This document shows positions 18,953 through 27,449 of a stretch of 64,000 nt of DNA, in pieces. Location of the stretch: positions 62,001-126,000 of IMG/VR virus record IMGVR_UViG_3300030419_004471. One strand, given 5' to 3'. The notes under the pieces are model-generated. The model saw nothing but the letters and a program-made list of their open reading frames with translations. It was not told where the DNA came from and ran no database searches. The translations under genes were made by a program, and so were the position numbers. Each line of letters begins with the position of its first letter. Position 1 is the first letter of the stretch.

Positions 18953-21322
18953 TTATTTATTGTGTACTATTATTCCGTTTGCGATATACGAATGTAATCT
19001 ATCAACTGTTATGTTATAAACTGTTTCTTTTGGATTAGAGCGTGCTACTTTAATTTCTTTTATTGTTTTCCACTCACCACTAACATTTACTTGGTCTCCA
19101 TCCTTTAATATATGATTTGTTAAATCAACACCATACATTGATTTATATGGTTCTTGATTTGAATCTGGTACTAAAGATTTCCAACCATCTTTTGTTAAGA
19201 ATGGGTGTTCCGGTGTAAACTCAATACCTGTATCATCTATTGTATATAAAGATGGTTCATTTCCTAATCGTTCACAAGCAGCTGCGTGTGATTCTACAGT
19301 GTGTGTATTATCGGTTGCTATTACTTCTGCTGAATCTAACTTTTCACCATCCCATCCTAATACCACATCTCCAACTACAATATCTTCAATGTTTTTAACA
19401 TCTCCATTTGATAAAGATATTTGTGTTCCAGCTGCAAAACAAGTAGGTGGTAATCTGTTGTGTGCTAAGAATGACCAAGCAAAGAAGTTGTGATTCTTAT
19501 CAACACTATCTAAGTTATATACAGTTTGTGGTTCTTCGTGTTCGATTATATCTACTATCCTTACACCATATCCATCAGCGTGTAATACCTCATCTCCTAT
19601 AGCTATTTGTTCTACATCTAATCCACAATCCTCTTTAGTTCTTTTTGGGTCGTATGATGCATATCCTTTACCACATACAAACAATGGGTGGTCTGGTGTA
19701 CCTGTTAGTTCTTTTACTATTCTGTTTGATTTGAATTCTTCTTTAGCAAATATATAACTAACAACCTTTTCGTTCTCCTTAACCATTGTAGATTTTACTT
19801 CACAATATTCATTATGGTCTCCATCGTGATTGTATGTTAATACTTTATCTCCAACAACTACATCTTCAATATTTGTTTGTCCTTTTTCTTCAACTTCTAT
19901 CATAGTTCCAGCAACAAAACAAGGTGCGTTGTGTACAACAAATGGTGTTGATGCACTTACAAAATATGTATCAGTATCTTCAACATCTACTCTATATAAT
20001 GAGTGAGATGATGGTTCATCTATAATCGCAACGTGTGATTCGGATATTGCGAGTATATCTCCGTTTTCATCTACCAATGAATGGCTTGCTGGATTTAATT
20101 CTCCAGCTGGTTTGAATAGGAATTGATTTGAACCTGTATCATAAACTAATACATTTTTTAATATTGAAAAATAAATGTTTTCTCCACCAGTTAAATTTAG
20201 TTCTATACAACACCCATATGATAATGAACTTGATTCTATTTTTTCTACTATAGAAGATGTAACTTTAGAACCACCTCCTAATTGGTTACCTTCGTGTGAC
20301 CAAGAATAAAATATTTCTGAATCATCTGTATCTGGTGAACCTGAAACATAATAAGATTTAAGAGATTCACTAACTATTAAGTTGTATGGGTATTTAAAAC
20401 TATCATCTGGCTTTTGTAGTTGTTCCGAACCCAACATACCATCAGTTGAAGCTTCTCTCATCCAATTTGTAGTCCATTCAAAATAATGTTTTATTGGTAG
20501 TCTAACTGCAGAACCTGTTGTTGTATATGTAGATATATTTGATGGTAGTCCGTATTCTCCATCTATTTTATAATTACCCAATCTCACATAAGATATATCA
20601 GTTCCATATACAATACCAAATTCTCTAATTGATTGTACTTTTCCTGCTGATAGTTGTGTTGGGTTTGTGTGATATCTTTCAAGATATCTATATGATTTAG
20701 CTAGATAGGTATCTCTATAATAGGTAAGGTTGTCCGCCGAAGATGTATTAGATGTATCTGTAAATTTAAAGAATGCCAATGGTGCGTGTCTTTCGTCTGC
20801 ATCCTTTTCTATTATATCTGGTACTATATTAGAATCGTTAATAGCTGAAGTCATTGTGTTAGCTTCGTAGTTACTACCACTATAATAAAACTCTGGGATT
20901 AAACTATCTTGTGAATTATCGTGAAATAATTTTAATACTTCTACTCTACTTCTTGCATAGCCAGAATCAAATAGTGCGTTTTCATCATAACACAATCTTA
21001 AAATAAATCTATCAGATGCATCATCAACAGCAGTTGGATATATACAATTAACTTCTTCCTTTATCTTAGTTACTTGTGTTATAAACGTTGCATCATTTGC
21101 GATTACCTCTTCTAATTTTTCAACCATATTTGATTGAAATCCTTTATAAATCAACCAAAGTTTTGTAATGTTATTAGTTGATAGTATGTTAATAAACGCA
21201 GTAAAGTCGAATTTGGAATCAAGCGTTGAACTCAAGAATCCAGTATCTGTATTGAATTCCAATAATCTTAGATTATCGTTCTCATCAATAATAAAATCCG
21301 AAGAAAATAAAGTACCTTTCAT
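18953..21322 (-). CDS. ATP-grasp-like N-terminus fused to three tandem Hint (BIL/intein-like) domains
   Basis: SDF...LRLLEFNTDT; FVVHN-AP-CFVAGT; LAHN-RLPPT-CFAAGT; TPEHPF and TPDHPL block B; VYN...IIVHN-K. Confidence 0.85.
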   Translation of the reverse strand: MKGTLFSSDFIIDENDNLRLLEFNTDTGFLSSTLDSKFDFTAFINILSTNNITKLWLIYKGFQSNMVEKLEEVIANDATFITQVTKIKEEVNCIYPTAVDDASDRFILRLCYDENALFDSGYARSRVEVLKLFHDNSQDSLIPEFYYSGSNYEANTMTSAINDSNIVPDIIEKDADERHAPLAFFKFTDTSNTSSADNLTYYRDTYLAKSYRYLERYHTNPTQLSAGKVQSIREFGIVYGTDISYVRLGNYKIDGEYGLPSNISTYTTTGSAVRLPIKHYFEWTTNWMREASTDGMLGSEQLQKPDDSFKYPYNLIVSESLKSYYVSGSPDTDDSEIFYSWSHEGNQLGGGSKVTSSIVEKIESSSLSYGCCIELNLTGGENIYFSILKNVLVYDTGSNQFLFKPAGELNPASHSLVDENGDILAISESHVAIIDEPSSHSLYRVDVEDTDTYFVSASTPFVVHNAPCFVAGTMIEVEEKGQTNIEDVVVGDKVLTYNHDGDHNEYCEVKSTMVKENEKVVSYIFAKEEFKSNRIVKELTGTPDHPLFVCGKGYASYDPKRTKEDCGLDVEQIAIGDEVLHADGYGVRIVDIIEHEEPQTVYNLDSVDKNHNFFAWSFLAHNRLPPTCFAAGTQISLSNGDVKNIEDIVVGDVVLGWDGEKLDSAEVIATDNTHTVESHAAACERLGNEPSLYTIDDTGIEFTPEHPFLTKDGWKSLVPDSNQEPYKSMYGVDLTNHILKDGDQVNVSGEWKTIKEIKVARSNPKETVYNITVDRLHSYIANGIIVHNK

Positions 21323-21373
21323 TAATATTTATCCTATTTGTTGTTCTTTATATAAGTATTTGATTATATGTTT

Positions 21374-21730
21374 TTAAGAAATTAATCCACCATTTCTCAT
21401 ATTATTTCTTATCTCTGTTGCCGATATTGCTCTAACTTGTGCTGGTGGCTCGTGTTCTATTACTTCATATCCCACCTCTCTACCATAATTAACTGATTCT
21501 ATATCAGGAATAATAATTACTTTAACTATTCCACTTTCAACTAAATCAGATAATTCGTATTCTATATTGTTCTTTATCTCTTTTGAACTCCAAGGTTGTT
21601 CTTCATTTTTAGGAACATCTCTTATAGCAATACAAACATTTTTGTTTTCTTTTAATCGTTGTTCTATTAACCAACGATGACCTTTATGCCAAGGTTGCCA
21701 CCTTCCAATAAACAAGCTATATTTTCTCAT
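21374..21730 (-). CDS. HxGH nucleotidyltransferase (APS-kinase-associated/NMNAT-like)
   Basis: FIGRWQPWHKGH, YGREVGY, ISATEIR. Confidence 0.75.
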   Translation of the reverse strand: MRKYSLFIGRWQPWHKGHRWLIEQRLKENKNVCIAIRDVPKNEEQPWSSKEIKNNIEYELSDLVESGIVKVIIIPDIESVNYGREVGYEVIEHEPPAQVRAISATEIRNNMRNGGLIS

Positions 21731-22074
21731 ATTAAAGCTTTTTTTCTCTCTAGCTTTGGTCTTTTTATAATAACTTTATCTATATCTCTTATTCTTGCAC
21801 ACTCTAAATATTCTTCTTTGTGTAGAAAAAATTTCATACACTCATCTAATATATCATCATATTCTGATTTGTGTACATAACACATTTTATCTCTTCCTAA
21901 TCTTAATAAAGGTATTCCTATCCGATTTCTTTGTTTCGCTTCTTTGATTCTATCTACAACTTCTTTATATATTTCAACACCATGCACATCCATATATTCT
22001 GATATCAAAGAATGGTATCCAAACTTTAGATATTTCTGCCAATATAGATTGTGTACTATTAATGGTTGTATCAT
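21727..22074 (-). CDS. Hypothetical protein with C-terminal UVR-like motif
   Basis: KEEYLECARIRD. Confidence 0.5.
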   Translation of the reverse strand: MIQPLIVHNLYWQKYLKFGYHSLISEYMDVHGVEIYKEVVDRIKEAKQRNRIGIPLLRLGRDKMCYVHKSEYDDILDECMKFFLHKEEYLECARIRDIDKVIIKRPKLERKKALI

Positions 22075-22090
22075 ACATATAAGTATCTAC

Positions 22091-22456
22091 TTAATTTGTT
22101 TCCTTCCAAAGAACTTGTACTAAAACTATGAGAAAACAAAGTATGAGTTGCACAAAGATTTTAGATGTTACAGGTTGCTTAAAGAAGTGAGCAGTAAGTA
22201 GTGCGTAAGATATAATTCCTAATATAAATCCAATGAATCTGTTTGGCCATAACTGATTGTCGAATACCGTTACTCCATAGTATGTTCCTTTTAGAAACAT
22301 CCAAGTAATCGGTATAGCTACAATATACCATCCCCACCATTCTGGTTTATATTTAGGATTAATAAATTGCCAATTGTGTTGAAACCATACTATCACTTGT
22401 GCGGCTGAAATAAGTGTTACTGCGTAGAATAAATGTAACCAATTAAATTTTTCCAT
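22091..22456 (-). CDS. 4-TM membrane protein
   Basis: Four hydrophobic helices. Confidence 0.6.
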   Translation of the reverse strand: MEKFNWLHLFYAVTLISAAQVIVWFQHNWQFINPKYKPEWWGWYIVAIPITWMFLKGTYYGVTVFDNQLWPNRFIGFILGIISYALLTAHFFKQPVTSKIFVQLILCFLIVLVQVLWKETN

Positions 22457-23282
22457 AAAAGTTTTTAATGTATTTGTGTATTTCGTTTGCTACCTCTATA
22501 TGTGCTGTGTAGCTGGGGTGTAAGTCATCGGTGTATCCTTTTAACTCATCCCTTAATGCTGTCTTTCTATCGTTTATATACCAACCTGACATACAATCAT
22601 TATGTTCTTCAAACTTAATAATTCTATCATCTAATTTGTATTTTAGAAAAAAGTTTTTGTAATGATGTGCGGTATGGTGTCTTATCGCTTGATTAACTAT
22701 AAAGAATTCAGCTCCTATTGTTTTCATAAAAGAATAGAACTTTACAAATTGCTCTGCTTCTTTTTTAGAGTGATGTTCTTCATCTATCATATTTTTAATA
22801 TAACTTTCTAATTCTTTTTGTATTATTTTTCTATCTTCTTCACTATCTGTTAAATCTTTTGGATTCTCAATATTACCAATTGTTAGATTATAATATCTAT
22901 TAAGTTTATTAAACCATATTTCATCTCTATATCCAGCTGTCGTTTCTATAACGAATAAGGTGTTTTTTACTTTATCTAAGTTTTGCTCACACCATTCCAT
23001 AGTCATTCTCATAGCTCTGATAGATGAACCACCTCCTCTACTCTCATCTATTAATTCTGCATTTAAAATCTTCGCTAATCTATTTGGCCAATTAATAGAA
23101 ATCTTACTATCTACTTCTAACTCTGGACTTGTTACATCCCATTCCCATCCAAAGTTTTCTTTGTAGTAATCTCGATAATCTTTTTGATTGAGTGGCCAGC
23201 CGTGAGTAATACTGCTACCATTTGTGTATAACCTTTTGAATTTCTTCATTAATTTTATATACGATTCTTTCTTTGTCTCCAC
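22443..23282 (-). CDS. SGNH/GDSL-like protein (paralog 2)
   Basis: LYTNGSSITHG; SRGGGS; DDLHPSYTAH. Confidence 0.6.
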   Translation of the reverse strand: METKKESYIKLMKKFKRLYTNGSSITHGWPLNQKDYRDYYKENFGWEWDVTSPELEVDSKISINWPNRLAKILNAELIDESRGGGSSIRAMRMTMEWCEQNLDKVKNTLFVIETTAGYRDEIWFNKLNRYYNLTIGNIENPKDLTDSEEDRKIIQKELESYIKNMIDEEHHSKKEAEQFVKFYSFMKTIGAEFFIVNQAIRHHTAHHYKNFFLKYKLDDRIIKFEEHNDCMSGWYINDRKTALRDELKGYTDDLHPSYTAHIEVANEIHKYIKNFYGKI

Positions 23283-24166
23283 CTTATCTTTGGTGGTTTA
23301 TTTGAGCCAGCAATAATTTCATCTAAAGTTACTGTACCAGCTATTTCATCTTTTGTTTTAAAAGCTCCCAAGTCTCCATTACCATCTCTTAGTGGTTGTT
23401 CTATTTCAGTTTTTTGGCAAATCCAATCTACGTGCTTTACTATTTCCTCAATAGAATCTAATTGTGTTGTTGGTACGTTGGTAGCGTATTCTTCTTGTGG
23501 TCTAAATAGTTCTTTATCAACATAAGGTCTTATATCTGATGTATTTATTTCTACTATAGGTACACTCATATTAAAATATGCATTTCCTTCTGAACTTGCT
23601 CTGTTCATTTTTTCTTTAAATTGTGGCGATGTATATGGAGAACCATCTATCAATAAAATAAAATTAATAGAAGTTCCAGCAACAACAGTAGCTCCACCTA
23701 AATCATTTGGAGCGTTAACTGTTTGGGAGTTTCCATAATGCCCTCTTACAGTTTGGCCTGAATAATATTGTTTGATATTAGTTTCTCCTGCCTCTTTTAC
23801 TGATGAGTCTGTAGCTGGGTATTGGTTTATATATGTATCTAACCCTTTATATGCTGATACAATTACTTTACCAATTGCTCCTGTGCCTCCTACCTCTTTT
23901 GCCTTTTCAGGTGGTTTTGGAAGCTTTGGTTTTTTCTTTACTACTGGAGGTTTTGTTGGTACTGGAGATTTTGGTATCTTTACTACATCTCGACCAATTA
24001 TTGGTTTACCAACATCATCTATTCCATCATCGACTCTTTGTTTCCTTCTTCTATTTCGTTTAAATGTACCAGCGCCAGACCTTCTCCTTTGAGATGGTTT
24101 GTTTCTTCTTCCACCAAATGATTCTTCGTTATCAGAATCTCTATTTCGTCTGTTTCTTCTTGCCAT
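23255..24166 (-). CDS. Hypothetical protein with Arg-rich N-terminus and Pro/Lys-rich linker
   Basis: Long ORF; TATTTATA motif 4 nt before ATG. Confidence 0.65.
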   Translation of the reverse strand: MARRNRRNRDSDNEESFGGRRNKPSQRRRSGAGTFKRNRRRKQRVDDGIDDVGKPIIGRDVVKIPKSPVPTKPPVVKKKPKLPKPPEKAKEVGGTGAIGKVIVSAYKGLDTYINQYPATDSSVKEAGETNIKQYYSGQTVRGHYGNSQTVNAPNDLGGATVVAGTSINFILLIDGSPYTSPQFKEKMNRASSEGNAYFNMSVPIVEINTSDIRPYVDKELFRPQEEYATNVPTTQLDSIEEIVKHVDWICQKTEIEQPLRDGNGDLGAFKTKDEIAGTVTLDEIIAGSNKPPKIRWRQRKNRI

Positions 24167-24186
24167 ACCTATAAATATGATGAAAT

Positions 24187-24351
24187 CTATAATTTAGATT
24201 CTACCAATTCTCTGTATGCTTCGTCGTAAGAATCTACCAATTCCATATATGGTCTTTTCTCTCTTATTTCAGCTGCTCTTTCCATAACCTCATCTCTCAT
24301 TCCTGCTGCGTATGCTTCCATTAGAATTTCCTCTAATCTATCGCTACCCAT
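24187..24351 (-). CDS. Small hypothetical protein (54 aa)
   Basis: MGSDRLEEILMEAYAAGMRDEV...; fills the gap on the coding strand. Confidence 0.55.
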   Translation of the reverse strand: MGSDRLEEILMEAYAAGMRDEVMERAAEIREKRPYMELVDSYDEAYRELVESKL

Positions 24352-24354
24352 AAC

Positions 24355-24501
24355 TTAGTCCTTTCTGTTTAATTTTTGTTGTAGTTTTTGTAATTTTAAT
24401 TTATCTTCTTCAGATAATGGATGCTGCATTTTTAGTTCTATTATTTGATTAATTATCTCTTGCATTTCCTTATCTTCCAAATATTCGTCAATTGTTTGCA
24501 T
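24355..24501 (-). CDS. Small hypothetical protein (48 aa)
   Basis: MQTIDEYLEDKEMQEII...; fills the gap on the coding strand. Confidence 0.5.
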   Translation of the reverse strand: MQTIDEYLEDKEMQEIINQIIELKMQHPLSEEDKLKLQKLQQKLNRKD

Positions 24502-24503
24502 GT

Positions 24504-24962
24504 TTATATAATTGTTGTTTCATCATACCATTGTACATTGACTCCAGCCTCTTCAAACATCTCCATACTTCTTTCAGCTGATTCAACCCATTTCTCTGAA
24601 GTTGCCCCGCTTGCTCCTCTTACTATGAAGATTCTGGCTATCCCTGCGTTTATAATACCTCTTGCACAATCTGCGCAAGGTATTCCACAAGTTAGATACA
24701 TAGTGCATCCCTTTGTGGATACGCCAATACGAGCAGCATTATAAATAGCATTTCGTTCAGCGTGTTCAAACCAAAAATACTTTTCTGGTCTTTCTTGTCT
24801 ATCTGCTTTCCAATCATCTATTCCTCTTGGAAAAGAGTTATATCCAGTAGATACAATTTCTTTATCTTTACCAACTATGACCGCACCTATCTTAGTTCTC
24901 TCATCTTTGGATTTTTCCTTAACTGTTTCGGCTATACTTCTAAAATAATCTACCCAATTCAT
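24504..24962 (-). CDS. dCMP deaminase (cytidine deaminase family)
   Basis: KSKD, GYNSFP, HAERNAI, PCADCARGI. Confidence 0.92.
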   Translation of the reverse strand: MNWVDYFRSIAETVKEKSKDERTKIGAVIVGKDKEIVSTGYNSFPRGIDDWKADRQERPEKYFWFEHAERNAIYNAARIGVSTKGCTMYLTCGIPCADCARGIINAGIARIFIVRGASGATSEKWVESAERSMEMFEEAGVNVQWYDETTII

Positions 24963-25474
24963 AATATTGTTTTATAACCATCTAATTTTAAATGTTCTTT
25001 ATGTAACCAACATACTAATACATATCGTAAGCCTCTAATAAGTTTAGTAACTTTATGTTTTCTTGCGGAATCAAATAATATTACATTCCCTATTTCTTTA
25101 GAACATCCCTTACCACCTACTACTAATCTAGCTCCACTATAATCATTCTCTTCGGATAGTTGTATTATTAGAGTTTGTTTTCTATATGCATATTCTTTAT
25201 CGTTTGCGTCTGAGTGTTCTCTAAAGAAACTTCCTTCTTTGTATTTTAGTATTTTACAATCATCTGGCAATCCCTTTACACCTAGCTTATTTAGTTTCGG
25301 TAATAGAATTTCTTTAAGTTTATCTAAATCGGTTACATATGATTCTTCTGATATTCTACTAGATAGTTTAACTTTGGATGTTTTACTGTAAACCATTGAT
25401 TCGGTAAACTCACCTTGTAGTTGTAATATTGAATTACATTCTTCTTTACTTAATAAAATTTGTTCACTAAACAT
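24959..25474 (-). CDS. 2OG-Fe(II) oxygenase (prolyl-4-hydroxylase-like)
   Basis: FREHSD...HKV..LIRGLRYVLVCW. Confidence 0.85.
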   Translation of the reverse strand: MFSEQILLSKEECNSILQLQGEFTESMVYSKTSKVKLSSRISEESYVTDLDKLKEILLPKLNKLGVKGLPDDCKILKYKEGSFFREHSDANDKEYAYRKQTLIIQLSEENDYSGARLVVGGKGCSKEIGNVILFDSARKHKVTKLIRGLRYVLVCWLHKEHLKLDGYKTIL

Positions 25475-25566
25475 ATTCTTAATTAAATGATTCCATATCG
25501 TACATTTGTTGTAACCAATGTTTTATTTCTTTAGGTATTCTAATAAAGAAAACTCTTAACCATATT

Positions 25567-25785
25567 CTAATCTTTTTTAACATATTCCCACTCTGGTTCT
25601 TCTATTGAATCACAAAACATATATACTCCGTGCTTAGCTACTTTAAATGCAGTATCACATCCCAAGTATTTCTTCACATCGTTAACGCTTACCTTTTCAA
25701 CTTGTTCAATTTTTATCTCAGCGAATACCTGATATGGGTTTCCGTTGATGTATTGTATCGGTCTTTGAAATGCTGGGTAAATCAT
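25567..25785 (-). CDS. Hypothetical protein
   Basis: ORF after tRNA-Ala. Confidence 0.55.
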   Translation of the reverse strand: MIYPAFQRPIQYINGNPYQVFAEIKIEQVEKVSVNDVKKYLGCDTAFKVAKHGVYMFCDSIEEPEWEYVKKD

Positions 25786-25795
25786 TATTTTTTAG

Positions 25796-26027
<232 letters not shown>

Positions 26028-26126
26028 CTTTATTTTTGTGTTTCTTCTTTCTAGTATAATCTTTCTTACTCTTAACAACCTTCTCAGTCATCTTCTTACC
26101 TATGTGATGCGATAGCTCACCTAATG

Positions 26127-26981
26127 TCATATGAGTCCAGTCTGGTTTTTGTTTGTAAGTTTCTTTTCGTTTTCCCATTGTTGTTCTAAATAATCAATAA
26201 CAGTGTGCATATCTTCATCTCTATGATATGATTCTAAATGTAAAAATTTATTACTAAATAAATGATTAAAGTCATTCTCCTTTTTATCATAATGTGGGCG
26301 TGGTGGTTTCTTATCATAAACAAAACCAACATCCGTATTATAATACTTTAAATAATTATAAAATAAAAATTGTTCATAGAATTGTGCTGAATATACAGGT
26401 GGTATTTTAAATACATCTTCTCCAAGCATATCCAATATTGTTTGGTATGTTTTGGAAACAATATAAGGATTGTTAACAAATACTAAACTGTTATTAGGAA
26501 ATACACACCAATCGAATTTAACTGGAGTATCCTTTACGTTTAATCTGAATTTATTATAATAGTTTTCATAATATTCTTCTACATAAGGTATTTGCCATTT
26601 TTTTGCTTCAAGACTATCTTCTATTGAAGTATCAACTTCTTTAAATCCAAATGTAACAGAGTTGGTTGGTTGTATCTTTTCAAATAATATGATATCTAAA
26701 TCCATAACAACATATGGTGTTGTTTGTTTAATCATTGATAAAATCTTAGGCATACAATAACTATGTATTCTTACTTTATCAAATTCACGAGACATATCAA
26801 CAAATTCATCAAACTCAATTCCATTCTCATTAAATAAGGATTCTGTTTTTCTATCAGCGTATAGTACTGTTGTGTAATATTTTTTTGTATGGTTTACAGA
26901 TAGTTTTGCTAGCTTCCAAAAGTATTCATCTTTCGGTTTCCAAAAGGTATCCATAAATTTATAACAATAGATTGCTTTCAT
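26127..26981 (-). CDS. Glycosyltransferase/nucleotidyltransferase-like protein (GT-A DxD, DUF6734-like)
   Basis: YCMPKI...PYVVMDLDIILF; FYEQFLF. Confidence 0.55.
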   Translation of the reverse strand: MKAIYCYKFMDTFWKPKDEYFWKLAKLSVNHTKKYYTTVLYADRKTESLFNENGIEFDEFVDMSREFDKVRIHSYCMPKILSMIKQTTPYVVMDLDIILFEKIQPTNSVTFGFKEVDTSIEDSLEAKKWQIPYVEEYYENYYNKFRLNVKDTPVKFDWCVFPNNSLVFVNNPYIVSKTYQTILDMLGEDVFKIPPVYSAQFYEQFLFYNYLKYYNTDVGFVYDKKPPRPHYDKKENDFNHLFSNKFLHLESYHRDEDMHTVIDYLEQQWENEKKLTNKNQTGLI

Positions 26982-26984
26982 TAA

Positions 26985-27176
26985 TTAAAGTTCTCTTGAT
27001 GTCGGTTCTGTTTCTTCTGTTTCTTCATCTTCAACCAGTTCCATTGTTGTGTTAGTTCGATTTCTCAAATATTGTTCCTCAGTCCATTGAGGGGTTCTAT
27101 CTGTAATAAACTCTATAAACTTATTAGTTTGAGAGTTTTCTGTTTCTTCTACTATTCTATATACTAACTTTCTCAT
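26985..27176 (-). CDS. Hypothetical protein
   Basis: ORF in packed run. Confidence 0.55.
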   Translation of the reverse strand: MRKLVYRIVEETENSQTNKFIEFITDRTPQWTEEQYLRNRTNTTMELVEDEETEETEPTSREL

Positions 27177-27177
27177 A

Positions 27178-27399
27178 TTATCCGTATATTATTATTTCAC
27201 CTAAATTATGTGTGGGAATATGATATTTAAGTTCCCACTTATTAATTATATCTTTTATAATTGTTTGTTGTAGTTTTTTAGAGTTGCCTGTAATTGCTCT
27301 AACTTGCCATCCAAAATTAACTGATTCTCGTAAGCATATATCTTCTAATTTTAGTACGGCTTCGTTATGGTGCATCCCGTGCAAATCTACTTCTTTCAT
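27178..27399 (-). CDS. Stand-alone Smr domain protein
   Basis: VDLHGM...AITGNS...NLG. Confidence 0.75.
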   Translation of the reverse strand: MKEVDLHGMHHNEAVLKLEDICLRESVNFGWQVRAITGNSKKLQQTIIKDIINKWELKYHIPTHNLGEIIIYG

Positions 27400-27401
27400 T
27401 T

Positions 27402-27432
27402 ACAATATACAAAAAATATTTGAATTATCCAA
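27402..27432 (-). promoter_or_regulatory. Bacteroidota sigmaA-type promoter (copy 5)
   Basis: TTGG-N19-TATATTGT; the ATG follows after 2 nt. Confidence 0.7.
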
Positions 27433-27449
27433 ATTTTTTATCATCTTTT

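Noticed and set aside
18953-19921. Canonical splicing inteins or homing-endonuclease inteins
   Set aside because: No C/S/T at +1, no LAGLIDADG insert, and no conserved host protein flanking them
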